DNA of 64,000 nucleotides from Salpingoeca rosetta (GCA_033442325.1 JAWQFM010000014.1:1331054-1395053), one strand, 5' to 3'. Counted from the first letter of the stretch, positions 1 through 14,721 are shown. A program made the numbers and translations. The notes: generated by a model from the letters alone, not told the origin.

Positions 1-69
1 CCACACCCTCATGCTGCTCCATCATCGGCTGCCTTCTTTGTCGCTTGCATGCCAATACCACCCAACAAG

Positions 70-780
70 GGCATTCAACGATTCTCCAAGTACGTGGAAG
101 CAGCATCGGACACGCACGCGTACTTGGGGGTCGACCACATCAACGAGCAGATTGTCGTTGTATTTCAAGGTAAGCCTGAGCTTTGCAGCCGCGGTGAAAG
201 GGTGAAGGCGTGTGTGCTTGTTCATCCACCCACATTGGGTCTGATCATTGCTTCAAGCCCTCCTGAAGGTTGAATGCACACCACTGCTCACACTGTTTGT
301 TTCCTTGTAATTGCGTTTCTACGGCGAACAGGAACCAAGGACACGACGCAAGAATGGGAGGATATGGATGCGGCCAAAGTGACACCTGAATTCAAGAGTC
401 AGCCGCCAGATGTCCTGGTGCATCAAGGTTGATCCATGGGCGATTGAGCTTGAACCCGACACACATAGACATAGAAACACAGAAGCACACAGACACACTT
501 ACACACACAGACACACACACAATTACACACACACACACACACAGACACAGACACACACGTACGTACGCAACAACTCATCTCCTGCTTTCCCCTTCAGGAT
601 TCTTGCTCGGCTACGAATCCATCCGCAAGGAGTTGATGAACGCCATCACCAAGAAGACGAAGAAGTATCCCACGTATGAAGTGCTTGTCACTGGGCATAG
701 GTGCGCACAGTTGCGATCCTGTGTTTGATCGTCAGTGCTTTTCGTATCTGCCCAATCCCCTCACAACACACACACACACA

Positions 781-848
<68 letters not shown>

Positions 849-1540
849 CTCTCTCTCTCTCTCCCTCGCGCGCGCACACACACACACACATACATACATA
901 CATTCACTCACACGCGAATATACACAGTCTCTCAGCTCACACCTGTCAATTGTATCCTCTGTCACTTCGTTCTTTGCCCCCTACCTTGCGTCCCATGTCA
1001 TTTAAGCCTCGGGGGTGCACTGGCGACACTGTGCACGGTTGACATCGCCACCCTGCTGCAATCTGTCACGGTGCACATGTACACGTTTGGCCAACCACGC
1101 GTTGGCAACTTCGACTTTGTGGAGTTCTTCAAGCGCCTGAACATTGCATCCTCTTGTCGCTTTGTCCACTACACAGACATGGTTCCCCATCTTCCCCCTG
1201 AGTACGTGTACGCTTCTATTGTGTGTGTGTGTGTGTGTGTGTGTCTGTGTGTGTGTGTGTGTGTCTGTGTGTGTGTGTGTGTGTGTGCGTGTGCGTGTGT
1301 GTATGTGTGTGCGTGTGTGTATGTGTGTGCGTGTGAATTTGTGTGCGCATGTACGTTAGTGTGCGTGCATATGCGTGGTGGGCGCTCCATTTCGGTGCTG
1401 CGTTTCTTCCTGCCTCAAACTCTGCTCATCTGTGATTCATTGACGTGTCTCGCTAGGCTTGACTACTACTACCACGTGCCCACAGAAGTTTACTACGAGA
1501 ATTACTATGGGCCTTCCTCTCTCCATGTCTGCGATGGCTC

Positions 1541-1635
<95 letters not shown>

Positions 1636-2944
1636 TGTTGTGTCTGTGTTTGTGTTGTGTCTGTGTGTGTGTGTGTTTGTGTTTGTGTCTGTGTGTGCCT
1701 TCACTTTTTGCATTTCAACACCAAACACACTACGCCACCCTGCGACCCCGCCCCCATCACACGTGTTGTTGTTTTCAGGCGAGGACACTGCGTGCTCTGA
1801 TCAGTTCTGGTTCTCCCACAGCCTGGCCAACCATCTGAACTACCTTGGGCATGACATCGCATCGGCTTCATGCGCCAGCGTGTCATCCAGGTCGACGTCC
1901 GTGGCGCCGTTCACATCAACGACGTTCACAACACCAGGAACAACAACAACCACCACCAACAACTTCCCGACAGGCAGCTGGACCACGACTACAATGCCAA
2001 GAACAACGAGCACAGCACCGTGGACAACGACAACAACAACAGGTGTCACCACAACTTGGACGACGTCAAACAGCGGCGGTGGTAGTGGTATGGCAACCGT
2101 TTCTCGCTGCTCTCGCTATGGCGCCCCCTTCACCGTCAGCGATGGCATGCCAGACTACCCTCAAGGTATTGTGTGTATGTGTGTGTGTGTGTGTGTACTT
2201 GTGTGTGTGTGTGTGTGTGTTGATGTGTGTGTTTGTGTGTGTGTGTGTGTGTGTGCACGTGCGTACTTGCGTTTGAGACTTGGTGGTTCTCACACCCTCA
2301 CCTAGACTTGCCTGCATGTTGTGCACGCGACTCACACCACTTCTGTTTGCGATCGATCGCTTGGTCCTTCTCTAGCCCACTCTGTGCTGTTTGACAACAA
2401 GTACGGCGACATGCGGTCGTTCATGTACATGACGTGGAACAACAGCAACTGCGCCGGCGATCCCATCTACGAGGTGTGCAACGACGTTGGATTGGACAGG
2501 CCGATCAAATAAAGGGGAAGGGAGGAGGCGTGTTGCGCATGCTTCAAGGTGGCATCACCATGTACACTCACGTGTACTTGCACACACACACACACACATC
2601 ACACACACACACACACACACACACAATCTTCCAGTCACAACTGGACCTGACGAGCAACAAGGGCGTGGAGGCGACATCGGAGGTGCTGCACTACGACAAC
2701 GCCGTGTTCCGCTTCAAGAAGGGCGGCGACAAGGTTGTACAGCGCCTGAACAAGTTCTGTGGCTGCAACTTGGACAGCAACACGCCCACCTGGAAGACGG
2801 GTCAATGGATCACAGGTAACGCTGTTTGCTGGGGGGGGGGGAGGAGGAGGGGAGAGGGGGACGTCTGTGTCGTGCAGGTGATGGTTGCTTCTTGCATGAT
2901 GCTTGTTGCGTGAGTATCAACATCCCAGAGCCAACCACACAAAG

Positions 2945-3025
<81 letters not shown>

Positions 3026-3332
3026 CTCTGTCTCTCTCTCTGTCTCTCTGTCTCTCTCTCTCTCTCTCTCTGTCTCTGTCTCTCTCTCTCTCTGTCTCTC
3101 TCTCTCTCTCTCCCTCTCTCTCGCACTGCAGTGACACCGGGCATGTGCAAGCAGCAGCAGCCGCCAAAGCGTGCGCCGTGGCTGTGCTTCCTGCTCGGCG
3201 GTGCTGTGATTGACCTGCACTATCAGTACTTCCCCAACGCGTACCAGCGCAGTCTGCTCAACAACACCGTCGTCGCCACCACCCCGCCAGAGCTCGACTC
3301 CCCAATCATGCACACCATCCCATTCGGTATGT

Positions 3333-3372
<40 letters not shown>

Positions 3373-3788
3373 CTGTGTGTGGCTGTGTGTGCCTGTGTGT
3401 GTGGCTGTGTGTGTGGCTGTGTGTGTGTGTGTATGTGTGTGTGTGTGTGTGCATGCCTTGATGATGTGGAGGGGCAACCTCTACCTTTCCCAATTCACCC
3501 GTTCCACTCACAATCTTCCTCGTTCCCTTCCTCATTCCCTTCCTCCCTACAGGCCGATATCCTGATGCAGACGAGTGCGGCTATCAGCGCTGGGCCGGGT
3601 GCAGCTCCCAGATCACTACCACCATTGACCAGTGCGCCAAGCGCTACGGTGAGCATGGCGTGCTGTGATCAGGGGGAGGGGAGGCCGAAGTGATAGCAGA
3701 AGAGGGTGGCTGGCATGCACTTACTTGAACACACAAATGAGTATGACAGTGTACACCGTCACACACACACACACACACACGCACACCG

Positions 3789-3870
<82 letters not shown>

Positions 3871-3993
3871 ACACACCCACCCACACACACTCACTCACTC
3901 ACTCACTCACACACACACACATATATACACACACACGCACACGCTCAATCTCCTTGTCTCACACAGGTGAAGAGAACGAGGCATTCCGGGTGA
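70..3993 (+). CDS. Class-3 lipase (alpha/beta hydrolase) with Thr-rich linker and C-terminal APCDD1-like domain; multi-exon, 5' end outside the window
   Basis: Exons approx 70-169, 332-427, 598-700, 1007-1202, 1457-1542, 1779-2166, 2375-2473, 2634-2815, 3132-3327, 3553-3648, 3968-3993. Lipase_3 motifs: IVVVFQG/T, VHQGF, nucleophile elbow VTGHS|LGGALA (split by an intron), [36 protein letters not shown] boundaries seen. Confidence 0.85.
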
Positions 3994-4634
3994 TGTGTCT
4001 GCTCAACGGGCTGTACAACGCTCCCAGCCCCTTCACCATGCGTGCCTGCTGCCCATGCCTTGGCAAGTATGGCCAGGAATATGCACCTTGGGCGACTCTG
4101 CCGTGTGATCTCTCGTAAAGGCCAAATCGTTGGCTTCAGACGAATGACACCCTCTCTCCCACAACATCAACTCGTGCCCGCTTTCCATCGCGAAGCAATC
4201 ACCGTTTTGTTTGACCCATCATTTTGTTGCCTGAGTTCCCTTGGCGTTTCTTTTCTTTGCATCATCAGCCGTTATGCCATTGTGTTCACTCGTTCCGTTC
4301 CTTCTTTGGAAGGACACGTCATCTGCTCAGTGCTTGACTGTTACTGCGTTCGTTCAACTTACTCATCACTGCTTTGCTCATTTTCTCAACTCCTTTGGTC
4401 TGACCTTCATCATATTCCATCTTCTTCCCTTGTTCTACGCCATACACACACCTACACACACCTACACACATACATTGCGTGACATCTTCCGCCACTGACT
4501 TCGACGCACCAGTGTGGACACTCGTGTGACGAACTGGTCGCATTTGCAGTCTGCAGCTTTAACTTTTGTACTGGTGTGTTGACAAGGTGTCACACACACA
4601 CAGACACACACACGCACAGACACACACGCACACG

Positions 4635-4669
<35 letters not shown>

Positions 4670-4993
4670 ACGCACATACACATTCAACAACGTTGACAGG
4701 GGAAGCACAAGCTTCATTCGATTATGGAAACAGAACGAATCATCACACAGTTACAACACAGTTACAAAATGCAACAAGCAAGAAGGGCGTGTGGTGATGC
4801 CCGCAGTTGTCACGTAACAGGGACACCGCAGACAAAACAAAACAAAAACGAAATGCACAAGGGGACACATAGTGGCGAGTAGAGAACGGATGCACCAGCA
4901 TCAATTGATCGTGGGCGTACAACTACACCCGCCCACGTACATCCCAGACACCAACAGCCACCATCAACCAATCAATCAACCAATCAATCAGCA

Positions 4994-5857
4994 TCACGTG
5001 TTTGAGTTAGCAAACAGCTTCAGGCGGCCCAGGCTCTCCTTCGTTGCGGTGTGCGGGGCGACACTGCGTGTTGGTGCGATGGCCTTTCCGTTGAGCTGCA
5101 GGTACTCCATCTCCTCCTCCGTCGTCTCGCGGCCCAGCACGGCGTTGCGATCGGGGAAACGCCCATAGCGCTCAATCACAGCCAAGTTGCTGGTGGTGGT
5201 GATGGTGACGGTGGTGATAGAAGGGTGAGTGGGGACATTGAGCCCAGAGAGGGGGGGGGGGGGGGTGTTTGTGTGTAAATGCAGACAGAACAAAGAAGCG
5301 CAGAGACATTGATGGCAATGGAACGAACTCGCAGCGTTCACCACGCACACACACACTGTATGTATGCAGTCAGACAGACACAAACATAAACACACACAAA
5401 CACACACACACACACACACACAAACAAACAAACAAACAAACAAACAAAACCGTACACACACACACACGCATCAACGCACTGCTCGAATTTCGTCGTGTAG
5501 TCGCGAATGGGGTCGTCCTCATCGAAGAAATCGCGCGTCTTTTCCCATTCGGACACACACAGGCGCTGCGTCATCAGGTCCTCCTGCCGCCATGGCCACG
5601 TGCACCAGAGGGGAGCGAGCCCAAAGGGGGGAGGAGGGTTTTATGTGTGATTGTACATGTGAGTAAGTGAGTGAATGTGTGGAGATACAAGTGGTGGTGG
5701 TCAAAGTGGGTTGAAACGTCGTACATACGTACATACATACATACATACATACATACATACATACATACATACATACATACATACATACATACATACATAC
5801 ATACATACATACATACATACATACATACATACATACATACATACACACACACGCACA

Positions 5858-5896
<39 letters not shown>

Positions 5897-5923
5897 ACAG
5901 ACACACAGACACACACACACAGA

Positions 5924-5958
<35 letters not shown>

Positions 5959-6340
5959 NNNNNNNNNNNNNNNNNNNNNNNNNNNNNNNNNNNNNNNNNN
6001 NNNNNNNNNNNNNNNNNNNNNNNNNNNNNNNNNNNNNNNNNNNNNNNNNNNNNNNNNNGTGGGCGAGATGACCGCTCAGCGCCGCCTGCACCATCGGCTC
6101 AAACCTGCCGCGATGGAGGGGAGAGAGGGAGGGGGGCGTTTGGGTGGTGTGGTGGGGATTTTGGTGGTGGTGGAAGGAGAGGGGTGAGGATGCATGCGTA
6201 GGTAGAATTACACATGTGGGGCATGAACAGGCGCGAATTGACGTCGTCGGACAAACTTGACGGGGGACTCAAACACACAGACACATACACAGACACACAG
6301 ACACACAGACACACACGCACAAAAAAACACACACAAAACA

Positions 6341-6421
<81 letters not shown>

Positions 6422-8468
6422 CATACACACATATGCAACCCCCCCCCCCAAACACACAAAACACACCTCTCTGCGATGTTGTCTGTGCCGCCGTTTTCCT
6501 CGCGTGTCTCCGGGTTGAGCATAAACTGCAGCACCTCCTCAATGCGGTCATCAAACGCCGTCGTGATGTCTGGCGACGTCTGCCGGAACTCAAACAGCCG
6601 CTCGCGGGCCCGGCGAATGAGCGCGCATATTGCCTCGTCCATCGCGTCGTTGTCCACGCGCAGGCGGCGGCTGGTAGTGATACCGCGAACAAGGAGATCA
6701 ATCGCATACATGGCGTCGCCGTTGTCGTTCATGCGGTGCACGGTAATGGGCGGGTCCTCCTCACCAGCGTCCTTCCCGCGCCCGTTCAGCGTGCCATATG
6801 CGCCCGCCGTCGTGTCGTGCGCGCCATTCTCCGTGTCGTGCAGGAAGCCGAGTCCCGTGCGGCCAAACGCGGCCACCATCACCTCCTTGCGCTTGGGCGG
6901 GTCCACCTTCAACGGCCGGAGCTTCACCTTCTTCTGCGGTTTCCGCTGAAGCTTCCCGCCGACGAGCGAGAAGGGCGGCAGCTTGAGCGGCATCTTGTCC
7001 ACCGCAACATACACGCTGTCGTTGACAATGTTGCTTGCGTCATGCACCTCCAGCCCGTCGAGCGTGAACAGCCGCTGCACGTGTCCAAACAACAGCTTGT
7101 CCTTGACCTTGTTTGTAATCTCCTGAAGCACCAGCTCCCAGCTCTCCAGGACACGTGGTCGCAGAATCACGCGCACGCCAACGCCGTCCTCGTCGCCGTT
7201 CACCAGCGCAAAGATCTGCTTCACCTCTGCCGCCTTGTGTACGCGGCTCTGCACCTTGGAGTCGAACTTGCTCTTCACGCGCGTGAGGTCTGGGGCCACG
7301 TACGTCTGCTCGCGGCTGCGGAACGACTGGATGTCTGTGTACGCAAGCTTCTTCAGCGGCGCCTTGCGGCCGACGGTGACGGCGTGCGTGGTGGTGCGCA
7401 GCTGCGCAATCTCCTTGATGGGCTCGAAGGTGTTGGCGTCGTAAATCTTCATGACAGGGCCAAACGGCGGGTCCAATTGTTCGCTCAGGTGGTCCAGCAG
7501 CCGCTCAAAGGTTGGCGTCTGCCGCGAGTCCACCATCACCTGCTTCCCCGCAAACTGCTTGTCCCCGTTCCTGTGCGAGTGAGTGAGTGAGTGAGTGAGT
7601 GAGTGAGTGAGTGTGTGTGTGAGTGAAATTGGAAGGTAAACATAGGAGAAGAACTGAAAACTGCAAACTGAGGACCCCGGCACGTCACCCCACCCACACA
7701 CCAACACCCACCTCATTTGCATACCCTCCCCCCCCCCCCTCTCCCCTCCCCCAAACACGCAGGGACGTACAGGTAGAATGTGACCCTGGTCACGACGTTG
7801 GACGAGACGGTGGCGGTCATGGAGAGCCGCTGTGATCTCCGGCGCGTGCCCTTGAGCGGTGACGAGGACGACGCTGTTGGGCTCACCTTGGCCTTTGCGT
7901 TCCCATTGCCACTGCCACCCCTCTTCTTCTTGGATGATTTCGGCGAGGACGCACCATCCCCAGGAGGCGCATCGTCCTTCTTCTTCTTCGTCTTCTTCTT
8001 CCCGGCCGCACCCGCTGCTTTGGGTGGCTGGTCTTGCTCTGCTGCTTGTGCCTTGTCTGCTTGCTGTGAACGCTTCTTGCGCGGCTGTTGCGTCTTCGAG
8101 CGGCCTTTCGGGCCAGGCGACGAGCTGGTTGGCGGCGACGGCGCATGCGCACTTCGTGCGCTCTCTGATTGCTGTGGCTGATCCTTGCCACCACCCCCGG
8201 TTGCGGGCTTCTTCTTCTTCTTTGGCTTGGCTGCTCCTCCTGCTGCTGCCGCCGCGGGCTTGCGGTCGCCACCTGTGCCGTTGCTGGTGCTGTCCTCGCC
8301 ATCCTGCTGCTGCTGGTTGTCTGCGGCCTTGTTGGCTGTGTTTGTGTTTTCCCTTTCCTTCTTGGGCTTCCTCATCACCTTCTTCGGCGCACGCTGCTCC
8401 CCTTCTGCGGCATCTGCGTTTGCCGTTGCAGTGCCAGAGCGGCCCTGGTGTTCTTCACCGTCCACCAT
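4994..8468 (-). CDS. Tandem doublecortin (DCX-DCX, DCDC2-like) protein with C-terminal DUF924-like domain
   Basis: Exon 1 8468-7771 (Lys-rich disordered N-terminus) splices in frame to exon 2 7570-6467, giving TFYL|NGDKQFAGK. A second DCX repeat follows (FALVNGDE...VQRLFTLDG...YVAVDK). Further exons approx 6267-6229, 6104-6059 (into gap), ~5583-5479 and ~5190-4994 encode FEPMVQAALSGHLAH, EDLMTQR and IERYGRFPDRNAVLGRETTEEE. Confidence 0.8.
5722..5845. repeat. (TACA)n tetranucleotide microsatellite, intronic
   Basis: Seen directly. Confidence 0.95.
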
Positions 8469-9044
8469 CGCTCGCCTCCTGCTGCTGTGGGTTGCTGTGG
8501 GTTGCTGAGCGCTGTGTGGCTGCGCTGCTGCTGTTGGTGGTTGGAGACAGAGCAGGAGGTTGTTGTTGTTGTTTGCGGCCCAAACAAGGTGCTTGGTTGG
8601 TGTTGCTTGTTGTTGGTTGGTTGGTTGGGTTGTTTGTTGTTTCCTGCTGTCGTGACGACAAAGATGCTGATTCAGCAAAAATCGGGCGAGTCTGTTCCTT
8701 GAAAGTCTTCTTGTCAGTGGAATGACTCGAACGTGGCGAAGTCAGTGATTTCCTGCATGCAATTTGCGGTTTCGCCAAACACAGAAACACGCTGCTCACA
8801 CGCACTTGTCAGGGGCATGGCTTGAAGTTGACTGTTTTGAACAAACACACACACAACACACACACACACACACACAACAGCACCATCACCAGCACCGCCA
8901 TCGCTCAACCGCTTCACGCTGGTGAACTTGCACGGGTGTGCCTGCTGCCAATCACGAAATCATACCTCGCTTCAAAGAGGAAGAATAGTTAGTGAGCGAG
9001 TGCCAACAGGAACAAGAAGAAGAAGAAGAAGAAGAAGAGGGAAG

Positions 9045-9237
9045 ATGAGCGTGTGTGAGTTCAAGGGCGTTGGCTATGCCGGCTCGGCGCCCTACCCTGT
9101 AACGGCTGCACCCGCCGTCTTTGACACCAAAGCAATGCTGGCATCGCTTCCCTCCAAAGGCAGCAAAAAGAAGAAGGTGTGTGTCTGTGTGTGTGTATAT
9201 GTAGGTGTGTGTGTGTGTGTCTGTCTCTTTCTCTGTC

Positions 9238-9285
<48 letters not shown>

Positions 9286-10493
9286 CCTCTCTCGCTCTCT
9301 CCCGCGCTCTCGCACCCACGTATGTGGATGTTGTCGTGTTCAACCAAAGCCAACATACATACACACACATACACTCACGCATGCACACACGCACATGCTC
9401 ATGATGGCAGATGCTGTTGAGGGTGTCGCCTGCGGAGGTGACCCTGGTGGATAGCAAGTCGCTGGAATCAAAAGTGCGCGTGCCAGCTCCACTCATCACC
9501 TGGGCAAAGCACGATGAGGAGCTGCACTGCATCGTCATCATGGACACTTACGCCACGCCTCCCGTACGTTGCCAGTGCAAGTGAAGGGCAATAGATGGTG
9601 TTGTTGGGTGTGCTACTGTTGAATGCGATGTCGTGGTGTTGTTGTTGTTAGGTGGTGCTCTGCTGCTGGTAGGCAAACGAGGCAACGATGACGCATTGGC
9701 ACGTGTAATCTCTTTCCGAAACCCCTCCTCCTAACATTGGCCCCCCCCCATTGCTCGCGTGTATTGCCCTTCTGCCAACAGCAATGCCATTTCATCATCT
9801 CAAAGCAACACGCAGAGACAGTGTTCAGGTGAGCAACGAGTAGCGTTGCCTGGTGGCGGCGGTGGTGGCGGTGGCGAGAGTGGTTTGGGGCTTCCACCTT
9901 CTTGGTGTGGGGACTTGGTGTGAGTCATCGTCAGAGATGCTGCGCAACACACACACCGTGTCTTTGCACGACAGCACACAGCAAAGACAGGTTGCGACTC
10001 ACCTCCCACATGTCACATACCACCCCATCTATGCTGCATGTCACCACGCACTTCTCCTTGCTGTTTGGCCAGACACATCATGCACCGGCTTGGAGTGCAA
10101 ACCCGCATGGATCGCGCACAACAAAACCCTCAAGAGCACACAGCCGTCAAGGTGCCCACCAACCTCGATTTTCCGTTTCCTGCGCTGGTGTTTCTCTGCA
10201 ACATGATTGTATCTCACCCACTCTTGGCCTGGATACCTTACCATCACCGTATCATACTCAATCACGTGCACACGGTCTTGCTTGCTGCTCTTGCTGCTGT
10301 CCTGCTGCAATCTCCCCTCCCTCTGTGCATCCGCTGTGCCAGGAACGTGACGTGTGTGAGGAGGACTTCCCCCAGTCCTTTGAGGCGCGCTTCCTGGGTT
10401 CACTGACGGTCACGGGCAGACCGGGCGCACACGTCGTCAAGGAGTCCCTCCAGTTTATCAAACGGCAGCTGAAAAAGGTGGGCACTTGTGCAG

Positions 10494-10572
<79 letters not shown>

Positions 10573-10848
10573 TGTGTGTGTGTGTGTGTATTTGACCAGG
10601 TACTCCTTCAGCAGCGCGTGATTCACGCGTTCTCACACGACGAGCACCACTCTCACTGCGCGATGCTGCGTTGTATCCGCGTCATCGTTCACCCCCACGC
10701 TCCGCCACATGCCCACCAACTCCGCACCTCTCACCTCCAGCACGAGCAGGACAGCGACGCCGGCAGTGGCAGGCGCGTGCAGGGGAACAACGTCGCAGTC
10801 ATCGTCTCCTTGGAGGGGCTGAGGTCCGTTGGTGTGCGGTGTCTCGTG

Positions 10849-10879
<31 letters not shown>

Positions 10880-12157
10880 CATGTGTGTGCGTGTGTGTGC
10901 GTGTGTGTGCGTGTGTGGCGGCAGCAAGCAGCGGTCTGAGTAGAGAATGTGAACGTGGGGATGAGTCAACGACAGTGCCCCGCGCTGCGTGACAGGTGAC
11001 AAAGGACTCTCGTCTTCATAAGTTCATTCCCTCCTCTTACCTCATCTCAACCTGCTACTTCTCACAGGGCGCTTGATGTTCTGACGCGAGCCACCATCAC
11101 CAGCCTCCTCATCGCCTCAATCACTTACCTCGACACCGTCCAGGATGGTGCGTGTGTGTATGTGTGTGTATGTGTGTGTATGTGTGTGTATGTGTGTGTA
11201 TGTGTGTGTGCGTGTGTGTCTGAATGTGTGCGTGAATGTGTGTATGTGTGCGTGTGTGTCTCGATGCCGGTGCACTGGTGCACTGATCCACAAATCCTTC
11301 TGAACCACCACCACTCGTAGACTTGTCCTCCTCACCAGCACCTTCACCCTTATCACCCTTACCACCATGACGCTTTGCGCAGAGGAGGAAGGCGAAATCC
11401 TGGCCATCATTGCGTATGACGATCGTCTCGACCGCCACAATCTTCAGCTCTTCCAGTGCGCTGACGGACAGACACAGGACCTCATCAAGGTAAGCAGCGC
11501 TCTGTGATTGTGTGTGTGTGTGTGTGTATGAAATGCGTGCAGAGTGCGCTGCAAATGCGCTAGTTTTCGGCAAATTGTTCCTGCAAATTCCATTCTTTGC
11601 TCAACGTTCTGACGTCACAGCGGTGCTCTCCTTTGTTGCCTGAAATTATGACAGTTGCTTGAGTTTGCGTCAGTGCAGCATCAGACGGTCGCCAGCAAGG
11701 AGGCATTCAACCCTTTCGTGCCAGAGGAAGGACACGATATCCAGGTAAATGTGTATTGTGTGTATGTGTGTGTGTGTGTGCGTGTGTGTGAGTGAGTGAG
11801 TGAGTGTGTGTGTGTGAGTGAGTGAGTGAGTGAGTGAGTGTGTGTGGCTGACCCTGGGTCTGCAACCGTTCGTCTTGTGCGTGAGGAATACACGCTGCAA
11901 GGCAACATTCTTCTATTCCTACATTCTGCACTGTCAAATTCACCGCCACCCTACCATCAACTCACCACCCTTTTGCCACCACCAGTCGTTGGACGACTTC
12001 AAGGTCAGCCCGCGGCTGTTGGCGAAATCTCTTCCGCGCGAATGTCTCGCGCCCGTCAAACCGCTCGAATCTGGACAGGTGTGGGCAGCTGTTGGGAATT
12101 TGTTTTTGTGGAAGGGGGGGGGAAGGAGGAAGGTTGTGTGCATGTGTGTGTGTGTGT

Positions 12158-12208
<51 letters not shown>

Positions 12209-12918
12209 CGCGTGTTTTTACGTTTTTGCACTGCATCATTCCACCGTTGCAACACAGCATCCTATTTACTCACACACACACACACACACACACACAACGC
12301 AATGCCCCCCCCCCCACACACAAACAGTATGGCAAGTACTACCTGGCCACCTTCACACAGGTTGACGCACAACATGACCAGCAGTTCGGGTTGTTCAGTG
12401 CCAATGGCGCTGGTGATGGTGATGATGATGGTGATGGTGGTATGACAGCACACGCGGCGGGCTCAAGTCCACATCTCGCCGTCTACGTTATCCAAAGCGA
12501 CGTGTCCCAGACAGAGCGGGTCCGTTGGTAGCTCGCTCGTGGTGCAGCAGGAGGGCGGGAGGACGGAGACGAATGGCTCGTGTGCTCTTCCTCTTGTGTG
12601 TGCGTATGTGTGTGCATGCACGTGTTTGTGTGTGTGTGCGTGCATGCACGTGTTTGTGTGTGTATGTGTGTTATTTTCTGCGGTCATCCACGCATGCGTG
12701 TGCGCAAACGCCACTCACACCACTCACACCACCCACACTCCGCCACTCACCAACTACCCCCCCCCCCATCAGGCGCAAATGCTGAGCGGATATGAAGTGC
12801 TGGCGGAAATGCAGCATCCGAACATCGTACGTGTGTTCCTCTTCTGCCACCTCTCATCATGAAGGCTGTGGCGTTGCTTTGTTCATCGCTGAAACGAAGC
12901 GCAACCCAATCGCTCATG

Positions 12919-12996
<78 letters not shown>

Positions 12997-13822
12997 CAAA
13001 CGACACAGGTACGACCCAAAGGAACGCGGATACACGCTGCGAAGCCGCACCAAGCTTGCCCTCAGGTGAGCACACATGAGGCAACTGCCACGCGTCAAAG
13101 CATTCGCCTGCACCACCGTCAATCAATCCCCCTTCACCATTGCACCGCAACACAACATCAACCACTTCCCCCCTCCACACACCCAACTTTTGCATCCAAT
13201 GTGCAATGATCCGCTCACGACGACTTGGATTTTCTCCTACTTCTCCATCCCATGTGCATGCATTGCGCCTTCACAACCTTCGTTTCACCACAGGTGGCTT
13301 GCGGTGGAAACGTTTACGCGCAGTCCCCGCGTGTTCTCAGAAGCGAGCGACGTGTGGGGTGAGTTGAATCGCGCGCACACATGCCCGTTGTGCTGGCGTG
13401 AGCGTTTTGCGCAAAAACGGAGGGTTGTCAGATGCGTGTCCGTATGTGTGTTTGTGTGTTTGTATGTGTGTATGTGTGTGCCATTCATGACTGGACATGG
13501 GCATGCAGCATTGCTTGACGGAAACGCACACATCGCCACACATTATCATCACCACTGTTGGTCGGTGCCTTACCTTTTGCTTTCCAGCCTTTGGTGTGAC
13601 GACGTGGGAGATCTTCACTGGGCTGGTGCCCTACCACGACATGCGCCTGACGGAGGTTCACCAGGAGGTTCCCAAGGGTCTCAGGCCGCCCCGCCCACCA
13701 GGTTGCTGGTGCAACATGTTGTAGATTGCTTGATTCCAGCGTCTGCAAGCTTCAGATGCTTGCACTTCGCTTTTCGCTCGCGCACACCAATTCGCTGATT
13801 CACAAGCAAGCATGCTGTCATG

Positions 13823-13853
<31 letters not shown>

Positions 13854-13895
13854 CTCTCTCTCTCTCTCTCACTCTCTCTCTCACTCTCTCTCTCT

Positions 13896-13953
<58 letters not shown>

Positions 13954-14721
13954 GGCCAGGCTGCCACGATTCGCTGTGGACGCTGCTGACGACGACGTGG
14001 TCGGCAGACAGCACCATCCGCCCGACATTCGCCGTCATCAGAGACAGGCTCGCACGCGAGATGGACGCGTTCCCCGACCAGGTGCGATGCGGCGTGGGGG
14101 TGGTGGTGGTGGTGTGTGTGTGTGTGTGTGTTAGCATGCGTGTGTGTGTTAGCATGCGTGTGTGTGCATGCGTGTGTGTGCGTGCGTGTGTGTTTGTATG
14201 TGTGTGTGTTTGTGTGTGTGTGTGTGTTTGTGTGTGTGTGCGTGTGTGCGTGTGTGTGCGTGTGTATGTGCGTGCGTGCGTGGGCTTGTGTGTGTATGTG
14301 TGTGTGCTTGTGTGTGTGTGTGTGTTTGCAACTGTGTGGCTATGGCGCGCATCTGTTTCCTTGTGGTGGGGAAGAGACCTCACCTCACGATTTGACTTCA
14401 CATGCACCTGCAGGAGTTGCACGACATTGGGAAGATGGTGAACGACAAGCTCCATGCCAAAATTGAGGTCAGCACCCAAACACACAGACACAGACACAGA
14501 ACAGACACAGACACAGACATAGACACACACAAACACACAACACAACACACACATACACAGACACAGGCATACAACATACACACAACACAACACACACACA
14601 CACACAATGCCAGTCGTTGTCATATCGCTCATCATCTCTCATCACTGCACGTGCACAGACGCTTTCGCGCAATGCAACGGAGCGCCACCGAAAGCGGAGC
14701 CGAAGATCCTCACGCGATTCG
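9045..14721 (+). CDS. PTB/PID-domain tyrosine-kinase-like pseudokinase (HMTK-like architecture); 3' end uncertain
   Basis: PTB motifs GYAGSAP and [20 protein letters not shown]...[11 protein letters not shown]. Kinase subdomains PLESGQ|YGKYYL, MQHPNIV, LALR|[14 protein letters not shown]|[23 protein letters not shown]. About 17 GT-AG exons. Subdomains IV-VII are absent here but occur at 15369-15854. Confidence 0.8.

Noticed and set aside
6214-7590. 458-aa + strand ORF
   Set aside because: Antisense shadow of the DCX exon.
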